A DNA stretch of 64,000 bases from the human T2T-CHM13v2.0 reference genome, Homo sapiens, in assembly GCF_009914755.1 (NCBI RefSeq), contig NC_060935.1; one strand, written 5' to 3'. Positions within the stretch are counted from its first letter, which is position 1; each line of letters begins with the position of its first letter. Both the position numbers and the translations under genes were made by a program. This document shows positions 29,490 to 46,205 of this stretch, one piece after another. Below the pieces are notes generated by a model. The model made no database searches. It saw only the letters and a program-made list of their open reading frames with translations, and was not told the origin of the DNA.

Positions 29490-29960
29490 TTCAACAAAAA
29501 CGTGGAGGCTTATCATGTGCTAGGTACTATGCTAGGCACTGGGGACACAAAGCAACATGAAACATGGTCCCTATGCTGGAAAGAGTTACAGACTTGTGAA
29601 AGAGACCAACAGGTAAATACATCCTAAGAACTGGATAAGTGACAAAAATGAAGCATAGGGACTCATAAGAAAGTTTGTTGAGACTCATAAGAAAGAGTGA
29701 TTAACTCAGGGAAAGTCATTTCCTCTACAGAGCATATCATTCATCCCTTCAACAGGCATTTTTTGGATTCTGAAGTATAAGGAGGTGTTTATAAGTAGAA
29801 AAGGCAAAAGAACATCATATGCAAATCCCTGAAGTTCTGAAAGGGATTTCATGTTCGGGGACATGGTTGAACTACATACAAAATGCTATGGAAGCACAAG
29901 GCATCATCAAGCACAGTGATTGCTTCTGCCTGGGGTGTCAAGGAGGGCGTCAGAGAGGAG
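29490..29960 (-). mobile_element. L2 fragments
   Basis: cattcaacaaa...tatcatgtgctaggtactatgctaggcactggggacaca. Confidence 0.7.
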
Positions 29961-30198
29961 ATGGCATGCGATCTACCTCCTCAACATATCCATAAACTCT
30001 GTTTGTAAACTGATAATTCTGAAAGCCATTTTAGGTACACTACAGATTAAGTGCTCAATCTCTTTAGTATAAAACCAGTGAGAAGACTCCTGCATTGTTT
30101 CAGTCAAAGTATGAATGGAGTCAAATGTCTGAATTATTTGGTGACAAACAATGAACTGTTCCCACATGCACAGTAGAGACAGTTCAGGCTGCACTTAC

Positions 30199-30271
30199 TG
30201 CAGTATCATACCCAGGATTGTAGTTACCCATGTTGACTGTTCAATGTAATATATACAGTTTGAGGTTGGCT
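30199..30271 (-). other. Candidate small exon with ATG (MGNYNPGYDTA, phase 0)
   Basis: Minus strand: ttcctcag acceptor, caacATGG Kozak at 30231, 11 codons, GCA|GTAAGTG donor. Confidence 0.3.
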
Positions 30272-31377
30272 CTGAGGAAACCGTTGTGGACACACACAGC
30301 ATTTGTCAATTACGAATGGAGAACCACCTCCCTCAGACCAGTAGTTCTCACAGTCTCCTCACCCTGTCTCTATTGTTAATGCCAAGTGAAACAAGGACAT
30401 AATTCATACCCCAGTTGCCTTTCTTTTCATGTGTGGCATGATCAAAAGAATAATTATACAGAGAGGAATTCTGCAGACAAAAATTGCGTGTGATCCTCCT
30501 TACATAAGGACCTTAGTGTGTTGCTGGAAACTGTCTGATTCATTCTGTTGACTGGCAGCTTCAGGTTACAAGCAGAGAACAGAGAGCCCTCATTAATGTC
30601 TTTCTAGCCTCAAATATGGAGTCAGCTCAACACACACATTTAGTCTTGACAAGTATATATCAGATTCAGACCATGCAAAAAAAAAATAAGTAAACCTTCA
30701 GAAATAGTTTGATCACCTCTAAGGAAAGAGGGCACAGACAGCTCAGTTAAGTGACTCTAGAGAAACAGTTTGGAGAATTTGCTAAGAATTCTGAGATAGC
30801 AGTTCAGTGGACGAAAAAATGTCACTATGCTTTCAAGTTCCCACACACTCTTGCTTAACATCTTATATCCCCACCCCAACCCACAAGCATAAAGCCTAGA
30901 TCAGAAAGAAAAAGGTCAAACTTCCTATGGGAAAAATTTAGCATTTTTTACCAGAATGATAGATTGGCATCTGCTTTCCAATCAATTTTACCCTGTTTAA
31001 ATACAACTTTGTCCACTTTGCAGACGCCCACTGCCACTGCCCCTGCCCCTGTCCCTGCTAGGCAGAAGATGGTGAAGAAAAACAAACTCAGCATCGTTAG
31101 TCTCACTGGAAATTCTGGACCACTAACCTCAAATGGGCCAATGGTGCTATACCCATTCTAGCACATTCTTCTGGTTCCATTAACTCTTTCATTCTCCTAC
31201 ATGACTACTTCACACCTTTTCCTCTCTCTTCTAAACCTCCAGCACCTTCTTCCCAATTCTTACTCCCAGTTGCTGGATGAACTTGATTCCTATTTCACTG
31301 AGAAAATAGAAACAATCAGCACACCAACAACCTTCCACCAACACATCTGACCACTTAACTGATATGTATACCCACCT

Positions 31378-31991
<614 letters not shown>

Positions 31992-32314
31992 TGAAACTAC
32001 CCTCTCCCTATGCATTAGAACCCCCTCCTCTTTCCCACCCAGGGACTTCACCCCAGCAATTCTCCCTGCTTTCTCCTTTTTCATTGATTTCCCCCTCTAA
32101 TTGGATCATTCTCATCTGCATACAAACATGCCACTGTATTTTTTATTTTAAAAATACAAAAAAAAATCTTGACTACATGTCATAGTTCAGTTCCCACCTT
32201 ATTTCTTTATACTAGAACTCCTTAAAAATGTCTGTACTCACTGTCTCCAATTCTCATTTCATTTCTTATGGATCTACTCCAATCTCCACCACTCCTACAA
32301 AATGGCTCCTGTTA

Positions 32315-32509
32315 AGGTGGTGTGTGGCGCAACTAGCAGAAGCTAATTGTTAAATATTCAAGAACTTTGCAAGCTGGTTGTTAAACTGTTTGTAGCTGGA
32401 AATTGACTATGATGGGAATATTTCCACAGGGAAATTTAGTAAACACTACAAATCAGGATTTTGCTGTTGTCACTGCTTTTCAGAGAGCCAGTTTACCAGG
32501 ACACCACTG
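32315..32509. mobile_element. MER63-type hAT-Blackjack MITE
   Basis: gtggtgtg...tgttaaatattcaagaactttgcaagctggttgttaaac...ccagtttaccaggacaccactg. Confidence 0.8.
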
Positions 32510-33734
32510 ATTGAAAGTCACCAATGACTTTCACCTGACTCAGTGATCAATTACAGTCTTCAGCTTAACTAATTTATTGGCAGTATTTGACAACAAACTC
32601 TTTATCTGACAAATAAACTCTTCCTCCTTCTTAAGTTCTTTCTTCACTAGCCTTTTGGGGCACTATTTTCTCTTATGTTCTCTCCCTCACTTCTCCTCTG
32701 TCTCCTTTCTGCTTCCACTTCATCTTTCCGACCTCTAGATATTGGAGTGTTAGCACTCTGTTCAAACGCCTCTTCTTTTCTTTAGCTATACTTCTGCTCC
32801 AGGTGTTTTCTTTCAGCCTTCTAGCCTTAAATACATAAATGTACACTTTTAAGCCAGCCCTTGCGCATGAATTCCAGCTTACTTATTCCCCTGACTACTT
32901 GGCCTCTCCGCTTGGATGTCTAATAGGCATGTCAAACTAAAATGTCCAAAATGAAACTTCAGTTCTCTCGCCTCTTCTTTCCTCAGTAACCAAAAATGAC
33001 ACTCCAACAATATCCCTCCAGCTCAATAAATGGCAGTTCTAGCTGCACGAGTCACACATTTTGAGTGATCCTTGGTTCAGTTCTTTCTTTGACACCCTAC
33101 ATCCAACGTATTGGCACTACTCTTGGCTCTGACTTTAAAATATATCTAAAATCCACACTTTTCCCCACTTTTACTGCTACTAGCTTGCTAGTAGCTAGTA
33201 ACTAGCTCCAAGCAACCATCACTTCCAACTTGTGCAACTATGCAATAAACTATGCAACATATCTCCATACAATGTAGACCCAGAGTAAGCCTATAAAAAT
33301 GAGCTAGATCTTCTTATACTTCTGCTTAAAACACTTTGCTGCCTGTCTTACTTAGAATAAGACCAAATCTTCGTATTGGTCTACAGAGCCCTACAAGGTG
33401 TTCCTGCTACCTCTCAGAACTCATCTCCCATCACTCCCACCTAGTTTACTCTGGTCCTGCTAGAGCCTCCCTGCAATTCGCTCAGAGACTTTGCACTTGC
33501 TATTCCCTCTACCTGAGAACTCGTTATCCAGACAGTTTCACGGCTCGCTCCTTTACTTCCTGCAGGCCCGCTCTGCATGAAATTAATCCCCTCCATGGCA
33601 CTTATCACCCTATGGCACACTACAGTATTACCTGTTTATGAGTATACATCCATCTAGGCTTGGTAGACAAATTATCTGCTTTTCTTTTTTATTTAAAAAA
33701 ATGTTTAAAATTTAAAAATTTTTTATTCTTAAAA

Positions 33735-34015
33735 TTTTATTTTTTAAATTGAAAAAAATGTACATATTCATGAGGTACATAGTGATGTTTCAATACATAT
33801 AATCATAGTGCTCTGATCAAGATAATTAGCACATCCATCATTTCAAACATTTATCATTTATTTGTGTTGGGAACATACACTATCCGCCTTCTAGCTAGTT
33901 GAAACAATATATTATTGTTTGCTATAGTCATCCTACAGTGCTAAAGAACACTAGAATTTATTCCTCCTATCTAGCTGTAATTTTGTATCATTTAATAAAT
34001 ATCTCCCTATCCCTT
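33735..34015 (-). mobile_element. L1MA 3' end
   Basis: tacatattcatgaggtacatagtgatgtttcaatacat...aaacatttatcatttatttgtgttgggaaca. Confidence 0.85.
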
Positions 34016-35122
34016 TATATCTAGCAGTTAGAAGAGTAGTGCTTGGTCCATAGTGAAAGCTCAGTAAATTTTGAATGAATGAATATATTGATGTCACACC
34101 AGCAGCTCTGGAGCATGAAGGAAGCTACTATCACCTTCTCTTCTGTGTAAAGCATTAAGTGATAGACACATTTTAAAATGACAAGTGTTCAATTTCTCTG
34201 CCAGGCTGTCCTTGCATACAGACTAAATAGGGAGGCTTTTTGGACTGGCAAAACAATTAAATACGACTTGATTCAGGATTAATAGTAACTTATTTGGTGA
34301 TAATGACATTACAAACTCTTTTCTTCATATTGCAAAAAGAGGATTTCTCCATCTTGAAAGCCTCTTAATTTCATACTTGGAGGACCTGCAGGAAGAACTA
34401 TAATTGAAACAACTGAAAGTATCCCTTAGGACATTGGCTTTGGTTGATTTGTGGAGTGATGGTAAGGGGTGAGGGAGAAGAGGGAGCAATAAAACAAATG
34501 CCAAAGTTTTTAGCAATTTTATATCGCTAGCAATAAAGTAGTCTTTACAATTACATACACATAACAATAACTGTTTCCACCCCGCCATCCCTCATTCTCT
34601 TCTGCCATTGATGTTGCCCAAAAACTGAGGCTGAAGTTACCCAGTGAAAATCATGTCCCGCAAAATGTTGTCTTTTACTAAAGATGGTAGAGTACAGGCA
34701 TGAGGCCTCTCATCCCTAGAATTTTCATGGAGGTAGCTGTGTTTCAGATATCTCTGTAGCTAGAATTCACAGCATGTGCTATGAATCACACATGATTGGT
34801 GATCTACGGTACCATTTTTTTTCTCTAAGGTATTGGGATAATTAGATAGGTAGGCCTGAGTTTTAATTATGTCTTATAACATTTTTTATGGGAAAGTGTA
34901 TTGTGAGATTCAAATTCTTGTTTTATAACTGAATTTTGGAAGACAGAACTTATGTAAGTAAATTGGAAACTCTGGAAACTGCCTGTATTGTTATTAGTAG
35001 TAAGTAGGATTACTAAATTTAGAGTTCTAGCTAAGCCCAAAAGACAGGTATGTTTTAACCTTCTATGGTAGTAGGAATAATAAGCAGTGATTATCCCTTT
35101 TAATTTTCCAAACATGTTATGA

Positions 35123-35496
<374 letters not shown>

Positions 35497-35628
35497 AATA
35501 CAAACCCTTTCAACACCAGACGGAGTAGCAAAGACACTCCTGGTTGTATGGCCTGGCTAATTTCCAATTGGGTCTAAATACTTTTTCCCATAAAATTACA
35601 CTCGTTATGCTGTTGGGAAATATGTGCT

Positions 35629-35675
35629 TCTCTCTCTCTACACACACACACACACACACCCCACACACACACAGA
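35629..35675. repeat. (TC)n/(CA)n compound microsatellite
   Basis: tctctctctctacacacacacacacacacaccccacacacacac. Confidence 0.9.
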
Positions 35676-35753
35676 CATGTACAATAGAAAATGAAGTCAA
35701 CCAACATTAAGTTCTGAAAATGTACTACACATTTTGCTGAGTTCTCTATATAA

Positions 35754-36166
<413 letters not shown>

Positions 36167-37494
36167 TGAGGCACCTGAGGCAAGAGAAGTTAGATGAGAC
36201 TTGTCCAAGGTCATATCAGGTGTAAACAGCTCACCTAGGTTTTAAGCATAAGCAGTCTGGCTTCAGTCATGTTCTTACACAGCCACATCTTGCTGCCTTT
36301 TACACAACAACCTATGAGAAAAGCAGTTTAATTGTCTCCATTTTCCTGACGAAGAACTGCATAAAGTCCCTTGCCTGGTTAAAGGGCGTAATGGGATCCC
36401 ATCTCAGGGTGCTGACATGAAAGTGTGGGTTCTCACAAAACAGCCTCCCACTATAATATCGTGTCTCTTTAAACAAATACTTGGTTTCACAAAGTCAAGT
36501 GGCATGCCTTAAAATTCTTTTGCATAATCCCCCTCGCACAGAAATACCCAAGGCTCTGCATATAGTAGAGCCTATAGTAGAGCTCAACAGAGGAAAGAGA
36601 TTCACACAGATTGATTTTGCATCATATGTAAATAGGAGCCAAAAAAACCCTTCAACACCACAGCTTCCCTTTATTCTGAGAAAACTCCAAGGAAAACTGA
36701 CTTTGATTTTCTAAATCATCTTTTGATTTACTCTAGTAGAGGAAAATCAATGCTAAAATAACTATTGAAAGCCATCTGAGATGTGCTGCTCTAACATGAC
36801 AATGCCAAGGAATATAGACATTAAATTGATCTTGGAATCCAAGCTCCCCTTCCTTACTCAACACAAGACGAAATCACAAAATCCATATGGAGGAGAAATC
36901 TTCCTATCTAGACTGTAGGACTTGTCATTTACTCAAAACAGAATATCTCCCATGCCATCTTGTTTACGAAGCAGCTAATGTTGTTACTTCTGTACTCAAG
37001 TGAGTGCTGCCTCTTTGTAATATTGATTGCTGGGATTTTTGCTGGTAGTACACTGACAGAGATCGACCACTAAAATCTTCTGAGGCGCATTTATCTTTCT
37101 CTTTGAGAGAGAAACCCCATTTTCCTCAAGAAAAGGCAAAGCTGTTCCAGCACATGTTTTAAATGATTCATATTATCTGACAATGGAAAGGTAAATTCTC
37201 TCCCAGGATTTAGGGTATAATTCTCAGCCATCTGAGAATTCTGTTTATCCCACCTTGTCTCCTTGCTCAGAGAATTACAATTAGATGGAAACATCTAATG
37301 TCAAGGCATCTGATAGCTCCAGCATAGGATACTGTGACTGCTCCAGATAGATTTTCTCCATGAAAACCAAAGTTGATGGTTAATTACCATGTCCCCTTCT
37401 CATTATGGCACTATCAGACATATTTAAGGAAGTGATGAGAAGTCTTTGCAAAGGTATATAAGAATAAATACAATACACTGAAGGTATCACTTAC

Positions 37495-37860
37495 ACTTTC
37501 TTTAAAGGTAAGAATTTGTGAGACTTCTGGGAGAATTTTGACAGGTCCTATTAGAGGTATTTTAAAACACACAGGGGAAAGTGATTTGATGTTAAGCAGT
37601 GGCAAATCTACACAAAAACAAAAACAGTCATCGGAGACTTTCACTCAATACAAAGTTCTACCAGACCTATGCAAATAGTAATCGCATTTTCTAGAAAGAG
37701 TTCTAAAGTAAGTCACACACACAAACCTCAGTAGTAGCACAAAACATCCTTTGTTGCCGGACGTGAGAAAAACACACTCGCTTCTAAAAAAAGCCATAGG
37801 AAGGAAGTGGAAGAACCTCAGGGGCGAGTGGGAGTGCGAAAGGAATGTTGCAGCTCTTTT
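37495..37860 (-). promoter_or_regulatory. Candidate alternative promoter / non-coding 5' exon
   Basis: Locally raised CpG; TEAD GGAATG 37842-37847, ETS AGGAAGT 37802-37808, octamer ATGCAAAT 37669-37676; minus-strand AGT|GTAAGTG donor at 37495/37494; pyrimidine-rich acceptor at 37608. Confidence 0.45.
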
Positions 37861-38278
37861 TTTTTTTTTTTTTGAACATGTAAGCTTGCTGTGGCTCTTA
37901 ATAGTAGGGCTAGTAGTTCAAGTAAGTGAAGTAAAATCTTTGGGATCTTTTTTACCTATTCTTGTAAGTGTACTATCAGCCAAATAGGTTTGAAAATCTT
38001 GACAAAAGGACGTTGATATTCTGGCTTTACATTGCCCCATTCTAAAAACAAAACAAAACAAAACAAAAAAAAAACTCTTTTAAAAAGCAAAATCAAAAGA
38101 ACTCAAACACCTGCATATGATTCTAATTTCACACATCTCAAAACAACCAAGATTGCCAAAAGAAGAATTAAAAGTCGTTCCAGAGCAAAGATGGGTAAGC
38201 AAAGCAATGTGCTGAAATTTTTGCAATGTAACAAAATGGAATATATTTGTCAGAGGCAGAGGATAAATTGAGGGCTCC

Positions 38279-38594
38279 TTTTTTTATTTTTTATTTATTT
38301 TTTGAGACAGGGTCTCACTGTGTCACCCAGGCTGGAGTGCATGGCGCAATCACAGCTGACTACAGCCTCTCCCAGGCTCAGGTGATTCTCTCACCTCAGC
38401 CTCCCGAGCAGCTGGGACTACAGGCGAGTGCCACCACACCCAGCTAAAATTTTTTTGGCATTTTTTTTTTAGAGGTGGGGTTTCCCCAAGTTGCCCATGC
38501 TGGTCCGGAACTCCTGGGCTCAAGCGATCCGCCCACCGCCTGCCATGGCCTCCCAGAGTGCTGGGATTACAGGCGCAAGTTACCACACCCAGCC
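38279..38594 (-). mobile_element. AluJ
   Basis: aatcacagctgactacagcc, ctcctgggctcaagcgatcc; TSD tgagggctc. Confidence 0.92.
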
Positions 38595-38914
38595 TGAGGG
38601 CTCTTTTGAAAACACAAATATGATCATGTCACTTCCCTGCATAAAATCCTTTAATACCTTCTCACTGTGCTAAGGATAAAGACAAAATTATCAATATGGC
38701 TTACAAAGCTCTTCATGAACTGTTCGTTGCATAACTGTCAAGCATCATGTTAGAGCTCATATTGATTGAATGCTGATTACTGACTGAGCATAGAAACTAT
38801 TTCAGTGAATCTTGTAACAACCTTTTCAGGTGTTATCCCCATTTTACAGAAGAGGAACTGGGAAGTTGAGTTACTTGCCTAAGATTATAAAGCTAGAAAG
38901 TGGTTATGTCAAAC

Positions 38915-39771
<857 letters not shown>

Positions 39772-42700
39772 TGAATTCCATTCCTCCCTGTTTCTCTCTT
39801 TCTTTTGCTCTCTTTGCTACACTGCAGCACATCAGTGGCCACGCTGATCTCGAAGTTCCTCAAACGACCACATTTCTTCCTGCCCCACACACAGCCTTTG
39901 CTCTTCCCTCTGCCTGAGGAATCTTCTAATTATCCTTCAGATCTCAGCTTAAATACTGAGATACTTAGCCATGTCAGTATTAAATGGAACCTAAATATTT
40001 CCCCCTATACATGGGTTCATAGGAATCTGTATTTGTTCTCTGAGCCTTATCACAATTACAAACAAATAAGAACTTAGTGCTTGTCTTCCCATGTTGCATG
40101 GTAAGTTCATGAGGTTAGGAACTGTGTTTCTGGTTGTACATGGTAGGCAGTCAGTAAATAGTTATTACATTAATGAATCAATACAGGCATTCCTCGTCCA
40201 CAGTCAACTCTTGAGCTAGACAGACAAAGATAGGAAGTTACTTATTTTACACATCTGAAGCCACATAAGTATGTCCGGCTGCAATACATCTGGTTTGACT
40301 CTATCAAATGCCATAAATATCTCAACAGAAAGAAAGGAAAAAACCTACAATCCAGAAGCAGGCTGTGAAGACAGAGGACACCCCAGTAAGAAAGAAATGA
40401 ATACTTTGGGTAGTAGCAATCTCAGAACTAGAAAAATGCTACAAGAAAACCGCCAGTGGCAAGACAGGAACTATATTGAAAACAGGGATTACCTTGTAAA
40501 AATACAGTTTCCAGCAGACCAAAAATAGGCACAATGTTTCTGTGATCCCAACTTTTGCATTCAGCATTTTGAGAGGTTTTTCTGTGGAAAAGCATTTCCA
40601 ATTTTACAGTAGAGTTGTAGACAAATGTTGCAATTTATTTAAGCTTTGTTTTATTGTCAAATTTCCTGTAGCCCATCCACTCCATGAAGCAAGAGATAAC
40701 TGGTTTGCATCATCTTTTTAAAATCACAGCTCTGGATCTGCACTATTGGAACACTCTCTTGTCACCCTGCAATTGATCCTTTCATACTTCTTTCTCCTCC
40801 ATTGGACTGTAAGTTCTTGAAAGTGGGAATCTTGTGACTCCAATTTTTCAATACTGAGCACAGTGCTGGCACAGAATATGAACTCACTATATCTTGTTAC
40901 TATAAATGAATAAACAAAATGCATAGGCATGTTAGGCATTTAGTAAATACATGTCAAATTGAATCTTTGATACATGACTTGGAATTACTTCCCTTTCAAG
41001 GTATTTGTTCAGTGAGCATAATTATAGAGTCCACAGTCTAACAGTCTTCATTATAGAGAAAAACCGAAAAAGAGCCCTTGGCTTTTCAAGACAATATGCA
41101 TTGATGGCAACCCCCTTTTTATCATGTGCATATTTCATGCACAAGGACAACTTAAAACTTGGAATGAAAAAAAAACCTCTATAATATTCCTTTGCTCACC
41201 AGTGCTGCCCATTTCTGGTATTCTCTCTTTACTGTGTATCCTGGGGGTGATGGGAAGAAGAGGAGAGACGAGAAGGACTTACTAGTAACAGAAAGGAAAA
41301 TAATGAATTGGGAAGAGGAGCAAAGGGGATGGTGAGGACTGGAATAACAACTTTATAAAGAATAAAAGTCTGATTCCCTTCTATTTCCTGCAGTCTCTCA
41401 TTGCTCCTGTCTCTGATAAAATGCCTACAGATTTGCTTACTTGATCCTAATTTTATGGCCTGTTCAAATATTACAACTTCTTTTTAAATAAATTAATTTG
41501 GAACTAAATGCCTTTAATTTTTACCGTGATAGGTTTGTGGCTCTTGACATCTTTTGGTCCTATTCATCAAAATCATTTGCTAAGTCCAAGGTATAGCAGA
41601 GTGGCTTTAACAACAACCATGGAGGATGAATAAAATACATTTTCATATTTACTGAAAGTGAAACTTATAAGCATATATCATCTTCTGCCTACCTTGTAAA
41701 TATCCCATGTTTTCATTTACATATTGTACCAATTAATATATCTTGGTACTAATCAGAGTGGAATCCACTCCTGACATGGGAGAAAACTACGACAAAAAAC
41801 ATTAGCAGCAAGAAAAAATGTTTGTTTCAAGTATGTGGATTATATTTTCTAGTGCCTTAAAAAAAGAATGAAACTGAAAGAGGCAGCTTGAAGAAGCTTA
41901 CATGTGTTTAAAACCCACATCCTGTTGTTATCCACTGCCCTGGCACAGAGGAGCTGGGAGGTGAACGTCCTCATTAGGGTCCCTATTAGCTGTGATTTGC
42001 AATGGGCTTCTCCAAAGAAGAAAATCACATTCACCCACTGGACAATGGCCCAGGTATCACCATTGATGGGAATCATATATGGAGTAAACATCAAAGCCCA
42101 AGAATACAGTGGTCTAAGCCAGTGTGCTTAGAAGTTGCCAGATCCTCCATGCTTCATTCCAGCCACTATCAGCAGATTCTAAATCACCTATGAGCAGAGA
42201 GGCCCATCTGCCTAGGGCATAAACGAAATTATAACAACAGTGAGAGAGCCAATGGGAGTCAGCCAGTAAGACTATGAGCAGCATGATGTACTCAGACTTT
42301 TGTTCCTTTTTATTTATTTGGTTAAAATACATGTGTTTTTGCTTCAGGCAGATGTTGGTATCCCAGCCTTTTATACAGGAAGCTGTAGAAGGGAGAGGAC
42401 TTTCTGGGTGGGAGCAACTTATTGTGGAGGCCAAATGGCATTTTTTGTAGGCCCTGAGATTTTTTACGAAAACACTAACTCTGTTCAGAACTCTTTCAAA
42501 GGGTGAAGACAAACTTAACAACCTTATACTATAATACAAATAATTACAGAGTGTTGCTTTAAACTTGTATCTTGAAGTTCCTTCTTTAGGTAACTCTGCT
42601 TAACAACCACAGACTCTTCTTCCTAATGGCTTATCTGCATGTCTTTTCAATTTTCTAAGTGAAGGCCAGCCCCCTTCAAGATGTTCTACCAACTCAGTCC

Positions 42701-43819
42701 TATTCTTTCCAGATGTTTTTTTTCTTTTTCTTCTTCTGAAAAGCATGTGTTGATAGACTATGGGGAACAGACCAAGATTTATTTTTTAGCCAGCATTTTC
42801 CCCTTGCAACCGTAAGTCATTCTTCCTCAGAAGGCAAGGTGGGGCAAGTGATTCTAATGTGCTTCGCTCCAATGCTTCCATCTCAATAACCCTTTAAAGT
42901 GAAAACTGTGGAGAGTGAAGTGAAAAACTTGTCTCCATCTGGAAGCATTTATACAGAGAGGTGTCTTTAGCTTAGTTGTTTGTCTAGAATTTCCATTTAT
43001 GAACCGACTTGCCTTTCTCCTGTGGGTATGCTGGAGAAAACTCTTTGCAAAATCCATTGTATGCAATAATCCAGTGGCTCCTTCAAACTCAATCAGGCTG
43101 GAAAGGCTAAATATGACTCATAGGATTCCTCCAACAAACACAAAGTAAGTCAGAAGTCAAGGAGAGAGTCATCTCGATGTGGACCAGCTTACCTAGCAAG
43201 GCAGGGAATTGTCATAAAACCAGTTTCCTGCTTGCAAGACCTTGACTCCTTTCAGTAAAGGTGTCAACTCTTCTTTTTCTGAACAATCTCAATGTGAATG
43301 ACAGGGCCTGATTCTAGAGGAAGGTGTCTTTAATCTTTTTATGGTTTAGTATAAAGGTTACCTTAAAAAAAGCCTTGGGATATACTTTCAAGATACTGAC
43401 TTGTGATTTTTTTTTTTTTTTTAAACATCAGTATGTCCTGTTCTAATTTAATCATTATTCTTTCAAACAGGCTGGGAGGAAAGGTTCCTGGACATCCACA
43501 GAGAAAACTTATTCAATAAAACATTTTATAATCCTCGGAACACCTGTGCCACCTTCCTAAAGGCCAGTCAGTTCCAGGACTTCCTAAAAATGAAGGTTGG
43601 ACTGTGTGAATGCCTGTGTGTGTGGGAGTGGAGTCACTCTGTGTGGTGTTGGGGGATGGGGTGGGGGGAAGCAAACTGGCAGACTCTAGAAGGATGGTGG
43701 TAGAGCAGAAGAAAAAAGAAGAATGTCTGAATCTGGAGTGGCCCCATGAGACCCAGTCTGTACTCAGGTGACACTGGAATAACAGGAGTTCCTTCTAAAA
43801 CCAAGAGAGCAGCAGACAC

Positions 43820-44288
43820 TCTGTCATGCCACACCCTTCTCAACTGTCTTATCCCTTGGCCGTCTCCTTTTTAGAAGCTAAAGCAATACATTTTTTTCTT
43901 CAGTGTCTCTTGTTCTTGGAATGGAGGTGCAGCATAGTTCCGGCCAATAAGATGGACATCTGATAGGAGAGGGGTGTGCTTTTGGGACACTTTCAGCTTT
44001 TCTGATAAAAGGAACACCAGGGCTGCCCTCACTCCTCCCTCCAGTCTGCCAATGTGATACCTGCAGTTTAAGACTATGAGAGAAAGGCATAGAGAATCAC
44101 AGACAAACTGACCCTGAGCAGTGATATTATTTGAGTCACTAAACTAATACCCATAATGACCTTATATCCAGAAATATTGTAGTGTGTGTGGGAGGAAAAA
44201 TCCCTATTTGTAATCACTTTATTTCTTACACTGTTAGTCAGTTTTCTGTTATTTGCAGGCAAAAAAAAAAAAATTCCTAATTGATTCA
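43820..44288 (+). mobile_element. MLT1 (I/J-like) MaLR LTR
   Basis: agttccggccaataagatg, gcttttctgataaaagga, terminal ttttctgttatttgcagg...ttcctaattgattca. Confidence 0.75.
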
Positions 44289-44494
44289 GCAGAGGAGGCA
44301 GATCAAATGAGTAGCCATCAACTCTTAAAAAGGTTGTTTTTTTGTTTTGTTTCGTTTTTTGGGGGACAGCGTAGCTTTGAAAAACCTGAGTGAAACTAAA
44401 TATTCTTCTGAAGGTAAAACCAATATAGCATATCATGGAGCCTCATAATTTATTTCAAATTTTATGCCTGAAACAACTTACCATCATTACTCTA

Positions 44495-44893
44495 TGCTAT
44501 GGTTTGAATGACCCCTCCAAAACGCATGTTGGAACTTAATCTCCAATCTGGCAGTATTGACAGGTGGTAACTTTAAGAGGTGATTGGATCATGAAGGCTC
44601 TGTCCTCATAAATGGATTAATCCATTCACGGATTAATGGGTTATGATGGGAGGGGAACTGGAGACTTTATAAAAGGAAGAGAGACCTGAGCTAGCACATT
44701 AGCACGCTCAGCCCCCTCCGCCACGTGATGCCCTGTGCCACAGAATCCCCACCACCAAGAAGGCTATCAACAGATGCAGCCCCTCAACCTTGGACCTCTC
44801 AGCCTCCATAACTGTAAGAAATAAATTCCTTTTCTTTATAAATTACCCAGTTTTGGGTGTTTTGTTATAAGCAAAAGAAAACAAACTAAGACA
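44495..44893 (+). mobile_element. MST (MSTC-like) MaLR solo LTR
   Basis: TGCTATGGTTTGAATG...ggattaatccattcacggattaatggg...ACTAAGACA; TSD ctcta/ctcca. Confidence 0.92.
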
Positions 44894-45504
44894 CTCCATC
44901 CAGTGGTTCATGACATTTATTGAGAGGAAAGACAAGGTGTATTCTATAGCTATAACCGTAGAATTGCTTTTGTTAAGTATATTTATGTTTATACAAGCCT
45001 ATAACCTTATTTTCCTACATGAGCCGAAGGTATCGTCTAATGGGGTTCTTGGCTTACCCCAAGTCCTTCTGATAATATTGGAGACTTATAGAGACTTTTG
45101 AAAGGAACACAACATAATGAATGGAAAGAGCAAATATCTTGCCTGGTCCCTAGCTAGTGACATGATATTGTGCAAATTACTTTGACTACCTGAGCTCCAT
45201 ATTATTCGTCTATAAAATAAGGAAGTGTTCAATTCAGTAACTATTTCAATGTTATTGTCTAAACAGTTTGATTATAAACAACCAAGTTACCTAACTGCAG
45301 ACAATTTTATAATTATTTTTTCACCAATATGTGTTATGTTAGATTTCTAATATATCACCATGAACAAATATTTAAATTCTAAAATTTGTATTTGATACGG
45401 TCAGAATTCCTAAAATCAGTGGCATTCTCTGACTCAAAGAGTTATTTCCCTCCTGGCTCATTATTCTCCATATTAATGTTTTTAAAAGATGTCCTGAAGT
45501 CCTT

Positions 45505-45628
45505 GCATCTTTCTGGGTCCCAACCAACATCTACTGAACTTGAGTATTTGAGGATGGAACCCAGAAATCCGTATTTTTCACAAGCATTCTGGGACATTCT
45601 GACATGTACTAAAGTTCGAGGACCACTA
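45505..45628. mobile_element. MER5-type MITE fragment
   Basis: ttctgggtccc...ctactgaac...cccagaaatccgtattttt...taaagttcgaggaccact. Confidence 0.65.
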
Positions 45629-45922
45629 ATCTGGAAATAGGTGTCACTGAGACATTGGAAGATTAAAAATTGTGTACGGTTTTTATGATAAATGAAGACA
45701 GAGTTCAGTCACAGATTCAGTTTTTTACTTCTCCAAATGTGCTGATTTAAGGTCATTTATAACATTCTCATAGATTAATTTGACCCTCAGTTAGCATTAT
45801 TATTTATTGTATAAATAAAATTCACAAAATCAAACTGAAAATAATTCTCCCAAGATTTTGATTACTGCTCGTTTTCTTTCCTCTTGTTTTTCCCTCCAGT
45901 CACCATTTGTTCTTATTTTTAA

Positions 45923-46205
<283 letters not shown>

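Noticed and set aside
29660-29695. 14-bp direct repeat gactcataagaaag x2; similar small duplications at 10683-10803 and 33233-33258
   Set aside because: Ordinary slippage duplications within L2; only two units, not an array or CRISPR.
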